Assembly: GCA_030141605.1 (NCBI GenBank)
Contig: JAQGDQ010000151.1
Span: 186,001 to 250,000, forward strand
Direction: 5' to 3'
From: Tubiluchus corallicola
Taxonomy: Eukaryota > Animalia > Priapulida
DNA length: 64,000 nucleotides
Under the pieces are notes generated by a model. The model saw nothing but the letters and a program-made list of their open reading frames with translations, was not told where the DNA came from and searched no databases. This document shows, one piece after another, positions 49,610 through 61,508 of the stretch (its first letter is position 1; each line of letters opens with the position of its first letter). The position numbers and the translations under genes are program-made.

Positions 49610-52266
49610 ACGCTTTACTTGTACTTGCATTGTTATTCATTTTCTATTTATGAATCCCAGCCGCATTTTTGTTGGAAGACACAGATTCGAATGATTTTAA
49701 TGACGAAATACATAGCTGGCTTTGCTCGATGCAAAGGATGGTGCTATTAGTCTATTATACTTTTGTGTTGCTGCTAGTTTTTTCAACACTTTTATTTGTT
49801 TCTTGGCCTGTAGTAAAGGAAAGTTGTTTAAAATAATGATTTAAGCCCAAGATATTAATTAAATTATTAAATTAATAAAGATTAAATGCTTGACAATGCA
49901 AGATTAAATTGTCATTTTGGCTAGAAGGCCAGTTAGGTGTGGCATATCATGTGATGACCAGCTGATGTTCGACTGGCCGAGTCAGAAGTGAAGATCAACG
50001 ATGTAATCTTTATGCGCAGAAGCTCAGGAGTTTGAAGTTAAGCAAAAGGGTTGTTTTTTTTGAGGTCCGCACCTCGGGCAGATTAGCAGTTGTCTTGAAG
50101 GAAGGCTGGCATTACTATTCTCTTATGCATATCATGTTTATGCCTGATCTTTAATAAATGTCTAATTTGTTATTTAAAGTCTTGATAGTTTGCCATGCCC
50201 ATGGTGGCTCTTCCACACGCAATCTTCACGAGCCACAGCCATCAACACAATAAACAACAGTAAACAGCAAGCAGCTATAACCACTATCATAAACAGACTT
50301 TAGTTCATCAGAAACACCTATTATTTTACTCTGTATGTCATCACTGTAACATTCTTACATCACTAGTGAGTGTTCCTGATAATCCTGTGATAAAGTAATC
50401 ACATATATATTGCAGGTATCATCTCTTGTGAGATCTGTTTAACGCTAGTTTTATTTTAACATGTGCTCATCTAGCTCTACTTACAAATATATCATATTTA
50501 TAAAAAAATTAAATATATTCCCTAATATAGAATTTAAATTGATTAACATTCTGTTACGAGTTGGAGTTGAACAAAAAGTCAAATTATTTTTACAAGGGCA
50601 CATCATTTGCCACTTTTTCAATGAGTTTAATGATGAACAAAAGAAAAAGAAAAGTGTCAGAAAACTGCAGTCTCAAGCAGCCGTTAACCTCTATAGCAAC
50701 TAATTGGAACTAGATCATACATGTTAAGACAATGAGATTGAAAAATTGACAATAAAGAGGAGTTTCTTTATGTGTGTAATGTTCCGATACAATAAACTAG
50801 CCAAAATATGCAAGTAACGCATTATTATTTCACCAACTGTTATCGTCCAAAAATTTTTGTTTTTATAAGTTTAATAACGTTTTTATGTTTTGTATCCAAA
50901 GAGAGCCGTCAATTTATTCTGTACAAGGCACAATAACTGTACAGTTTTGAAGTGCAAAATTATACCTACATCGAATAGGTTTAACTTGTTAAGTTCCCGG
51001 GTTGGGTTTCATCCGCTACCTGAATCAACCGTGTACGACGAGAAAGGTGAGGCCTGTATATCATTGTAGTACGGATATTGAATTAGACGAGTAACAGGTC
51101 CGTGAAAGGAAGTTACTTTTACTATGTCAAAACGACAGTTTGGTTGTCACATAAATCGTTATAGCATAAATGTTGTGAGACTGACCGAAGATTGCTGTTA
51201 CCATAGGAATTGACTTTAACGAGTTGTGAAGGCTCAAAGAAACCATATTGATTAATATGAAAATATGTCATTGCTGGGTTTCGAGATACGGAGGCGACCA
51301 TAAAGCAGTGAGGTTGTGACTGACAGTCTGAACGGATTCTCCGTTCGTCCCTTTTAGCTGAGACGCTAGCTAAATTCTGACGGACATGTTTATGAACGTA
51401 CTATCCATGACTGGAGGAAGTGGCGTACAGAATGTGAAACTCCAGTGGAGACGCATGGAGCATGCGTACGCTTTGCAATAGTGAAGAGCTCAATGGACAG
51501 TCCTATCTTTGCACTGACAACCTGATAAAGACGATTTTAAGGTCGTGGTAAAGACGATTTTAAACAACTGCCAGGCTATTAAAAACATTACTGACAGATT
51601 CTTGACGGTTAACGTGTGAAGGCAACGTTTGAAGTAATTTGAACTGTAATGATATCCACAAGAACTAATCCCCTTCTAGGTGTGCCCCCGTAGAAATACA
51701 TAGACCGTTTCAGCATTTTCTGGCACGTTACCTTAGGCTAATAAGTATTTACATTCAAACGTTAGGCTTGCTCGGCCGTGGAGGTAAATATTTTCTTAGA
51801 ATTTCCCCAGAGACTACCCACTCATGAGAACGGTTTCAGTGTGTAGACACCCCCTTCGCATAAACGTGACAATGTGCACAATGGCGTGTACGTTCGGCGT
51901 TCATTTCAAGTTTGGCAGTACTGTGTTGGCGGTAGGGACATTACTTGAGGAAAAACCGTTGCTTTACTGGAACCAATTATTTGACGTAAAGATATCTTGT
52001 GTGTTGCCGATATGCCATACCGCGCCAAAACAAATGTATGCAGGTGATATAAATGTGGAAAACTGACTGCTCGACTTGGTGGCGGGTAGCATGGTGTTTG
52101 ATTCAGCCAATAGCAAGCATCTGTTGGACAGGTTAAGTTGGGCCCTACTTTGTGTTTTGATACCCATAACTTATTTCGTCAGAGTAAGGAGTCTAGAACT
52201 GGGAATTTGAACACGTATTGTTCAAAAATCCACTAAATGGCAATGATAACGAGTGATAAGATATCA

Positions 52267-54828
52267 TGTTTTTACTCTTTACTATGGTCACTTGTACCAA
52301 TTATCGTATTCGTTATCATGTATTATTAATCTCTCTGATTAATATTGATTCTTATCTCTCTCGTGATCGTATAACACGTGACCTAAAGAGACACACGACT
52401 TATTTAAAGAGTGATTCGCTTCTATTACATTAATTGCTATAAGGTTATTTACAACCTGGCTCCTAGAGCTTAAGATAAGCCTATAGGGCTATGATATCTT
52501 CCCACAAGACTGTTTCTATGACTCCGCATTGTGATTAGAGTCTTTATCTCTAAAGCTTACTAGCAAAAGTTCCCGCAATTGAACTTGTAAATTAACTTAA
52601 TGTACACAGCAAATCTTCAGATTCGTTTACAGAATTTAATGTTGCTTAACTGAAACACCTATAAGCATACACAAACTACCGTAAAACGGGGTGAGTTCGC
52701 CACCCGAGGGTGAGTTCGCCACCCCTTACGTAAGGGCCATTGAAGGTTTGCTGTAACTATTGTTCAGTGTTTAATGAACAGATATCATGATCACCGTCAT
52801 TATAAACAGTTTGCGACAGTTATCTTTTTTCAATTCGCTCTAGAAGTACTCCATTCTGCGCTACATATTATTTGTCTACTATTTCTTGCTACTTAACATG
52901 CCACGCACCTACACCCCTGTACCGGGTCATAGATAACAATATTATACCCCAGAAGCTCTGGAAGCTGCCCTACATGCCGTCAAGAATACCAACAGGACAA
53001 TCAGCGCAGCGGCGAGGCAATTCGGAGTTCCAAGAAAGACCCTTTCTGACAAACTCTCAGGTAGTCATCCGCTGAAGACCGGAGGTCAGCCAGTGTTCTC
53101 CGCCGCCGAGGAGCACGAAATCGCCAACACTCCAAGTGGCCGCTGAATGGGAGTTCCCAATGACTGCCATCGATCTCCGACTACTGATTAAGAGTGTTCT
53201 TGACGCGAAGGGAATCCGGGAACGACGATTCAAGGCAAACACCCCTGGAATAGACTTTGTCAAATCATTCGCCCGAAGGAACAATCTGGTTTTCAGAGCG
53301 GCTGGCAACATCAAGGGCGCCCGCGAAAAGATCAGTGCACAAGACGTTCAAGCCTTCCTTGCCAACGTAGAAGTTTCTATTTGAAAACTAAAACTGGACA
53401 TTTTTCATAATTTTTTCATAGGGTGGCGAACTCACCCCCAACCAGCCAATCACAACCAGTTAACTTCAGCTGCCTAGAATGGCATTAAAGAGTGTAAAAT
53501 CGTTAATGGCGAATTCACCCCACGATAGTGTTTCATTCGAAAGGCAATATAAAGCTTGAACTAAGAAAATTGGTTTGGTAATTCTCTTGCTATGGCAGGA
53601 AACGTAAAAAAATACCCCTAAAAAGTGGCGAACTCACCCCGTTTTACGGTATTCCTTTAAGTTAAAGTGAAATCCGTTTATTGTTTTACAACAATTACTC
53701 CTAGTCAACTAATATTACAATGTTTGATCTTAATCGCCAAAGACGCTCACAATTAATAATTAGCTCCAAGAGACACTAATCCGATTCACTTAACTATTTC
53801 CTTGCTTCGCACTTAAGGTGCTAATTACAATGTGAAGTATGCAATTACAATCAACTAAACGTTACACTTAAGGTGTCTATTACACTGTGAATTTGCTACT
53901 ATGCAGAGTTGCTCTCAAGTTACGATACGTTAAGATCACTTAACTTGGTGGAATGACCAATGACGACTGTTCAATTGGTCAACTCCAAATCCGTTGCAAG
54001 ACTAATCGTAGATCCAGTGCTCAACAGTTGAGTACGCAGATTTGATGTTGATGTCCACGCTGGTCTTACGTGTCTTTGCTTCCTCAGCCTCTTCTCTCTG
54101 GACGTCACGTGGTTCACTCACCTCAACTCACTTCTAACTCTCTCGCAGCCTCCCTCGTTCCTCAAGACAATCGTCTTATATATCCAAGCCGAGATTTCAT
54201 AACATTGCGTGCTAACGCTGCAATGTGTCGCAATAGCTCTCGCTTTAGCGGTAACGCCGTAATGTAGCAATAGTTCAAAGGTCACCCCGGGCTTGTAAGT
54301 TTATAACCAACCAGGTGTTTTTCTAACACAGCTCCTTGCATGAGAAAACCGCTATCTGACTCTCCGTCCTTCACAGCATCTAACTTCCAAAGATTGCTCT
54401 TCACTTCGCTTGGGCAATAAACCTTTCTCTCAAAGAAATCCACTCTTCGTTATTTCTTAATAATTATGGCAACTCTGCATAACATTACATGAGGCTTATT
54501 ATCTAACCACGCATAGCTATAAAAATAAGCTTCGCTTCCTCTAAACTAAACACCTGCAATTTCTACGCTCTCTTAAATAAACACGTGTGACAAACTTTTA
54601 CTTTCTAAATGAACGCCTGTTCTATTCCTTGTAAACCCAAATAACTCTGCGACGATAATTTCTTGCCTTGCATTAAATATGTGCTTTAACCAGCTAAGCG
54701 AGTTCCCATAATCTTTCAATAAATTTATCTAATCCAATTAGGAGGTATCTTTATCAACATAATCTAATGAAGTTGATAACTCCATTAATTAATCACTTAA
54801 TTCATGATTCCGAAATTTATTCATAACA
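52267..54828 (-). mobile_element. Solo LTR related to the downstream element, inverted, interrupted by a pogo element
   Basis: Reverse complement starts TGTTATGAATAAATTTCGGAATCATG at 54828, is colinear with but diverged from 55116-56547, and ends ...AAAAACA at 52267. No TSD seen. Confidence 0.85.
52679..53649 (+). mobile_element. pogo/Tigger-like non-autonomous DNA transposon (HTH_psq plus CENP-B-type HTH, no DDE domain)
   Basis: TIRs CCGTAAAACGGGGTGAGTTCGCCAC / GTGGCGAACTCACCCCGTTTTACGG with TA on both sides; 52898-53384 MPRTY...*...ISAAARQFGVPRKTLSDKL...FSAAEE...WEFP...PGIDFVKSFARR with one in-frame stop. Confidence 0.93.
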
Positions 54829-55115
54829 AAGAATCATTGCTTAGATATTCAGAGCTTGGCTTCATTAGTTGAAACGTGTTTCTGTTCGCGTTCTTCTGTG
54901 ATTTAACGAAATTGTCAGAATATACGGAGTTATATTCACTATCAACGAACGCGTAAAGATGTGAGGAATATGAATATATAACTCATTTTTCTGATAAACG
55001 TACTCATCAACTAAAATTAAGCTAAAATCAACTTAATTATTGTGAAAAGGGTGCAATATATACTGGTTTCGTACTGCTTGGCTGGTAAGGTGAGTACAGA
55101 TAGTAACAACAGATA

Positions 55116-56547
55116 TGTTATGAATAAATTTCGGAATCATGAATTAAGTGATTAATTAATGAAGTTATCAACTTCATCAGATTATGTTGATAAAGAGACC
55201 TCCAAATTGGATCAGTGAAATTTATTAAGAAAATATGGGAACTCACTTAGCTGATAAAGCCTATATTTATTGTAAGGCAAGGAATTATTGTCACAAGAGA
55301 TGTGTTTACAAGTAATAGAACAGGTGTTCATTTAGAGAGGAAAAGTTTGTCACAGGTGTTTGAATTTAGGAGAAGCGAAGCTGAATTTTATAACATGGAG
55401 TGGTTAAGAGTATATACCTCCTGTAATGTAATGCGAGTTGCTGGACTATAATTGGGAAGGAGCAGGAAGAAGCTCATTTCTTGAACAGAAGTTTATGACC
55501 CAAGCGACGCGAGTTTCTCAGGTGAGAGGCTACGCGACCTGGACATCTGGTTGAACTATTGCACCACCTTGAGCGTCAGCACGCGAGATGATGAAATCTC
55601 CGCGTGGGTATATAAGATGGTGTTTGGCAAGGGCTCGGGGGGAAGAGTCGGCGGAGAGGAGTTGGAACTAAGTGGTTGTGGGTGAACCACGTGCCGAGAG
55701 AGAGAAGAGACTGGAGAAGCAAAGACAACGTAAGACCAGCGTGGACATCGAATCTGCGTACTCAATGAATTGAGCACTGGGCTACGAATCAAGTCTTGCA
55801 ACGGATTTGGAATTGACCAATTGAACAGTCATCATTGGTCATTCCACCAAGTTAAGTGAACTTAACGTATCGTAACTTGAGAGCAACTCTGCATAGTAAA
55901 TTCACAGTGTAATAGCACCAAGTTACGTGTGTTGATTGTAATATTCATTGTAATAGCACCTTAAGTGCGAAGTGAGGAAATCGTTAAGGGAATCTGTTTA
56001 GTATCTCTGGGAGCTAATTATAAATTGTGAGCGTCTTTGGCGATTAAGTACATATATTGTAATTTAGCAAACTAAGAGTAATTGTTGTAAACAATAAACG
56101 GATTTCGTTTAATCATAAATGATTAGTTCGAGTATGCTTAGAGGTGTCTCAGTTAAGCAACATCGATTTCTGTAAACGAGTCTAAGGATTTGCTGTGTAC
56201 ATTAAGTATTCTACGAGTTCAATTGCGGGAACTTTTGCTAGATAGCTTTAGAGATTAAGACTCTTTCACAACGCGGAGTCGTAGAAACAATCTTGTGAGA
56301 AGAAATCATTGCTCTATAGATTTTATCTTAAGCTCTAGTAGCCGGGTTGAGAATAACCTTTTAGCAATTAATGTATTAGAGGTGAATCCCTCCTTCAGTC
56401 TTAAGTCAAGTTTTATACGATCACATGCGACAGATAAGATAAGAATCAATATTAATTAGGGAGATTAATATTGCATATTAAAGAGTGACTAAGATAATAA
56501 AGTGATAACTGGTACTCGGATCCAGGATCATTAAGAAGGAGATAATA
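55116..56547 (+). repeat. 5' LTR (1432 bp)
   Basis: TGTTATG...GAGATAATA, followed by the PBS. Confidence 0.92.
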
Positions 56548-56549
56548 AC

Positions 56550-56568
56550 TGGTGCCGTGACCGCAGGA
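56550..56568 (+). promoter_or_regulatory. Primer-binding site, tRNA-His-like
   Basis: TGGTGCCGTGACC.CAGGA begins 2 nt after the LTR; resembles the complement of the tRNA-His 3' end (TGGTGCCGTGAC). Confidence 0.8.
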
Positions 56569-56885
56569 TTTTGTTTGCTTAACTAATTGTAATCAATATT
56601 GGTTGATAAGTTGTAAACTGTGAATTGCTGTTGCTGCTCAGGTGTAAACGGAAGTGAGAACAAGTCTGCTACGCTACTGAAAGGGAAAGTCAGCTGTCAG
56701 TCAGTGAAAGTGAACACAGCTGGGAGTTTATTGGAGGACAATTACCGAGGCGGTTCTAGAAGTTATTGGAGATCCCCAAACAAAATTGGTAGGTGGGTTT
56801 TATTGTCAAAAGGTGTTAACAGCCTGTGGTAAATTGAAACTATGATTGGTGCAGATTGCTGAAAGAAGCAAACGTAAAAATAAAT

Positions 56886-58322
56886 ATGTCGAACCCTCCT
56901 GTTATTAGCTCAGACTTGTTAAGAGCAGATGAAAACCCTCTGGTGGAGAGAATGAATTGGCTCTCTACCCAGTTAGGCGCCATTGCGGATCAATGGGCCT
57001 TAGGCAATGCAGTGAAAGTTATAAAGAGCTTTACCAGCGAGGAAAATGATTGCAGTGAAAGTTTTAGACAATGGACACAAGACATTAGCCGGAGAGGCTT
57101 CTGCATGTCACGTGACTCAGAAAAGACCGGTGGATTATGCATAAGATTAGCATATATGACAGTAGGCGGGGCCTGTGGGCGATATTTAGATGCTAGCCGT
57201 AAAATATGGTCGAAATTGAACTGGGGTCAATTTGTTTCGTTTTTAGAACCTAGATATGTCAGTAGGGTGGAATTAACTAGACATATGTTAGAATTAAGAT
57301 CGATGCGGCAGCATAGACAGGAATCATTGTGGCAATTAGTGGATAGAATTTGGTTCCACGCGAGAATCGCATATAAACCTTGCGAAATAGATGAACCATT
57401 AGTACAAAAGGTTTTAATTGACGTGTTGGTAGAATCACTGATAAGTGATAAGTTACGTGCGAAGTTAATTAAGCACAATCCAGCCACTTTAGAAGCAGCG
57501 CATGCTCGCTGTAGGTTGGAAGAAAGCAATCAAGGAATTGCTAGGTTAAGGAACCGACATTTGTCACGTCAAGGGCGTGTGGAAACGCCACAAGAGTTAG
57601 GGAAAATGGCAGCCATAAATAACGAAGAAGAAGAGTGTGTTAGATGCCCACAGAGTACTAATGGGAGAGTGCTGCAGACCAGAGCCTTGCAACCCCGAGA
57701 TAATGAATGCAAGGAGGTCACGAGTAGGTTACGAAGCTACCGGCGGTCTGTCTCCGCCGACCGGAGCTTATATGTGGAGACTGGCGGCGCTATAGATGAT
57801 AAATATTTGAATAAAAGACGAGTGTGCAGAGATTGCAGTAAAATGGATATTAGCAGAGAAAGGCATGATGCGCGTAATAAGTGCCAGAGTAATTTGAGAA
57901 TGGCGGGTATAAAAAGGGGTGATTGGAAGGCCGTGAGAGAGCCTCGATCTCACAGGTCCATAGGTAGGAGAGAATCATTAATCATCCAGCCAACATGTTT
58001 TGTTGAGTTAAATAGACGACCGACACGCTTATTGGTGGGCACAGGTGCTTCCACCTCTTGTTTATCCTTAAAACTATATAAACGACTAGGTATGGGTGCT
58101 CCTAATGTAAGCAACATGACGTTGCGAGATGCCTCAGGCACGGCTATGCCTGTAGTTGGCGAAAAAGTTATAGAAACGAAATTTGGGGATAGTAAAGTAC
58201 GCCTTAGATATCAGATTAACAAGAGGAATGGGGGCACCTCAAGTGTCCGCAAGGACCCTAGGCAGTTTCCATGTTTTCTGCTGATGAAGGGCGAATTAAC
58301 GTCCTACTGTGGTACCTTCTAG
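56886..58322 (+). CDS. Gag plus inactive aspartic protease of the LTR element
   Basis: Capsid-like SF.....FRQW, L..MRQ...ESL, LRAKLIKHNPATLEAA; decayed knuckle; LLVGTGASTSCLS (Gly at the catalytic Asp position) and LRDASG..M.VVG flap. Confidence 0.8.
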   Translation: MSNPPVISSDLLRADENPLVERMNWLSTQLGAIADQWALGNAVKVIKSFTSEENDCSESFRQWTQDISRRGFCMSRDSEKTGGLCIRLAYMTVGGACGRYLDASRKIWSKLNWGQFVSFLEPRYVSRVELTRHMLELRSMRQHRQESLWQLVDRIWFHARIAYKPCEIDEPLVQKVLIDVLVESLISDKLRAKLIKHNPATLEAAHARCRLEESNQGIARLRNRHLSRQGRVETPQELGKMAAINNEEEECVRCPQSTNGRVLQTRALQPRDNECKEVTSRLRSYRRSVSADRSLYVETGGAIDDKYLNKRRVCRDCSKMDISRERHDARNKCQSNLRMAGIKRGDWKAVREPRSHRSIGRRESLIIQPTCFVELNRRPTRLLVGTGASTSCLSLKLYKRLGMGAPNVSNMTLRDASGTAMPVVGEKVIETKFGDSKVRLRYQINKRNGGTSSVRKDPRQFPCFLLMKGELTSYCGTF

Positions 58323-61300
58323 TCGGCGTATGTATCGTACTGTTTCTCAACTGCAGCAGGCCGTAGCCGCAGGGTCATAAATCCCTACTTGAGCGAGGCC
58401 GTAGTAAAGAGTTAGATTCCGGCACGGGGATGCCGAGGTAAAGAGTTAGGTTCCGGCACTGGGATGCCGAGGTAATGATAGTAATTAGGGCAATGGAATG
58501 CCGAGATGATGAATTAAGATGGCGAGGAATATGCCAAGACATGCACTGGGTGCGTTATGATGAATTAAGATGGCGAAGAATATGCCAAGACATGCACGGG
58601 GTGCATTGTAAGTAAATGTTGACAAATGAAAGGTCGACTAGGAAGCTGGTAGCTCAGGCAGTCAAAGTACTGGTACTGCCACAGAGACAGCGATTATAAG
58701 TCTGCAGTTGTGGAATAAGTGATACATATGTGGTACGAGGATGACAGTCCTCACCTAGCTAGGTGAAGTGTGAATTTTGCTTCTTTTATAGCACTTCTCT
58801 AGTGAACAGGCTAGGCTGGTGAAAACGGTCAAAGTTCATAGAGGGATAGCGAGATTTCCTATGGATCAGACCGTCGGTTGCCTCTGGGCGTGAGCCCTTT
58901 GGTCCCTATAAGGGATGGGGATGGTTTGCTGTGCCAGTGAACTGCAAGCAAGTCATCTTCGTGATCACTATCGACTGGGTCACCGGCCGGTAATCTCACT
59001 GATTGCCAATAAGGTGAGATTGCTCAATGTACAGTCAGGCCTTAGCAAGCCGAATTGTGAACAGGTGAGCTAAGTCTCTGTGATCGACTGAAGCTGAAAA
59101 GGTTAAGTCGGGAAGCAGAGAACACAGTGGCACAAGGTGATGCACTGTGTGGAAAGGGGTCCAGCCCGGGGTGCGTCCCATACAGGGGAGCCCAAAGGAC
59201 CTAAAGCGTATGAAGATGAAGGGCCTCCTTCCCTAGAAAGGGTCCTTCATGTATCTAGGCCCAGCGCTGTGTGGCGCTGGTTGCACTATTAAGAAGGTGT
59301 TTAGCAATATGGGCAACGAGTGTCTGCGCTGTAAAAATATTAGACTGACCTAGAAGACTAATGGGGAAATTTAATTTAGAATAGAAGCTTGATTCGAAAA
59401 ATAATGGAAATGTATAGTAAAGAGCCAGCCGAACTATATTAAAGCTTAAATAGCAATAGATAGGCACTAGTGACATCTAGCGCCCAGTTCCCAAGTTGCA
59501 GCGCAAAAGTAAAAGGCAAGCACAGAGTTCTAGCAGGGTCAGTAAAGTTAGGTCGCGAACTAACTTACTCACCCGGCGACAGATGGCGTCACTGAGTGAT
59601 TACAAACCCCTGGCATGGGACGCTGTGCTAAGATTGTTTTCACAATATAGTGAGCTATTTCTCGCAGCTTGAACCTATTAAACGTACATTAAATGAGCAG
59701 GAGATTAAAGCTCTCATAAGAATTTATTGGTAAGGCAATGTACGGAGAGTATCGGATAATTGCCGAAAATCTCTAAGAGTATTTGGAGTAAAAGTTCAAT
59801 GAAAAGGCTTACAACAAGGCCATTAATACATTGCTGCAAGTGAAAGTGCTTAAGCGAAAGTGAAAGCGCTACCCGATAGAGGTTAGAGAGAACCGTAAGG
59901 GATATCCATTTAACTAAGAGTGAAAAGGGGAACTGAAGGTGGCTGGAGCTTGTCCGCTCTGATCGGATCCATTAGAGCGGGACAGGTAATAGAAGAATCA
60001 ATAGCTAGGTCGCATAGGAGAACTTGAGAAAACGTTTACTGGGAGTAAACAAAAGATGAAAAGAATTTTAAGAGGAAAAGACAGTGCAGATAATTAGAAC
60101 TCGACCAATATTAAAATAAAATGCTGCCAGAGGTACCCGAGTTCACCCACCAGGAGCGCTCATTGGTGAAAAAGGCACAGTTTGCTGCTAAAGCATAGGT
60201 CTCGAACGGTACCCTGTGGTGGTATACGAATCGCGCACGCAGATTAAAGGGAAAGAGTGTGCATTTTGACACACGGTAGCTAAACACACTATAATGTAAG
60301 AGTTCAGGTAGAACTCGCGCTGTTCGCAAGCGGGTTAGTCTAGTTATAAACTCTTGATATACTTAGCCTCGTATTAGGTTAGGAACTAACACTCCGCACA
60401 TGCGCAGCGAATTGATTAAATAAAAGTAAGATTAAGGAATAAATGCTTACTGATTATAAAGGGAACAGTAGGACTGTTCAGAGAGAATTAAATGCACGCA
60501 TGCGAAATAAATTTGAATAACTATAAAGCGTAAAGGTACGCACAAGTAAATTAGATGATTCTGATGTTGTTTGCGAGCGGTTTAGTTTAAGTTTAAACTT
60601 ACAATATGCTTAACTTCTATTAGGTTAAGAGCTAATATCCGCATACGCGCAGCAGATCTAATGATGAATAGTAAGGTTGGAATGTAATAACTTACTAATT
60701 CGGGAAAGCGGTTAGGGCTACTCTAGGGGGAGGAAAGTACCCTAACATAAGCACTAAGGGGCGCATTGCGCCACTACAGAAAGCTACTGTCAGGTTAAAA
60801 GTAAAACCAAATATAAGTACTATAAGAACTAGAGGTTCGATAAGGTTTAAATGAGGACAATGCAGAACCTAACCTCCGGCACGACAGACATGATCCCTAG
60901 ATATGTGAAGCTACCAGCGACCCAAGACGGGACAGAATTTGACGTGACCCTAGACGATCTAATATTGGCCAAGATAAGTGCCCACGAAACGGTCTAGATA
61001 TAACGAGAGGGTCGATTTAATGAAAAGTTTAATGGCAAATGAAGCCATGCGATAACAGGCTGGTAAGATTGGATGATGGTAAAGAAGCCACCCAATTAGG
61101 TGAAAGGGATGCATGTGAATAGTTGTAGTAACTATGTGGATGTTTAAATGACACCAAGGATACTGCGTATTGTATTTATGTTACAGGATAATGGGACCGT
61201 TGGAGATGAAAGGCGGGAAGAAGATGGAAGATGGCAAAGACCACACGGGGATAGCCGAGGAAGGAACTCAGGACACTAATGCATACGTGAACAGTGAATA

Positions 61301-61494
61301 CGTGAACCCCGGTCAAGGAAGCCAGAGGAAACCAATGGACAATGGTGTCCCGCCACCAAGACCACCATGACGGAATGTCCCATAATAGTTTAAGGATGTA
61401 ACATGTTATGTAGTATTCGTGTATAATTAAGGAGCTCCAAAGAGATGCGACCTTGTAGCGAAACATTAAATATAAGCCACATCTAAGTGAGTTT

Positions 61495-61508
61495 TAGGGG
61501 AGGAAAGT
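61495..61508 (+). promoter_or_regulatory. Polypurine tract
   Basis: TAGGGGAGGAAAGT directly before the 3' LTR. Confidence 0.85.

Noticed and set aside
49503-49750. ORFs with CVCVCV runs
   Set aside because: Translation of a (GT)n microsatellite.
58281-58315. Possible hammerhead ribozyme (CTGATGA followed by an AGGGCG/CGTCCT stem)
   Set aside because: The required GAAA after stem II is absent (ACTG follows), and no convincing stems I and III were found.
58404-58607. CRISPR-like array
   Set aside because: Units are adjacent with no unique spacers, there are no cas genes, and the context is a eukaryotic LTR element.
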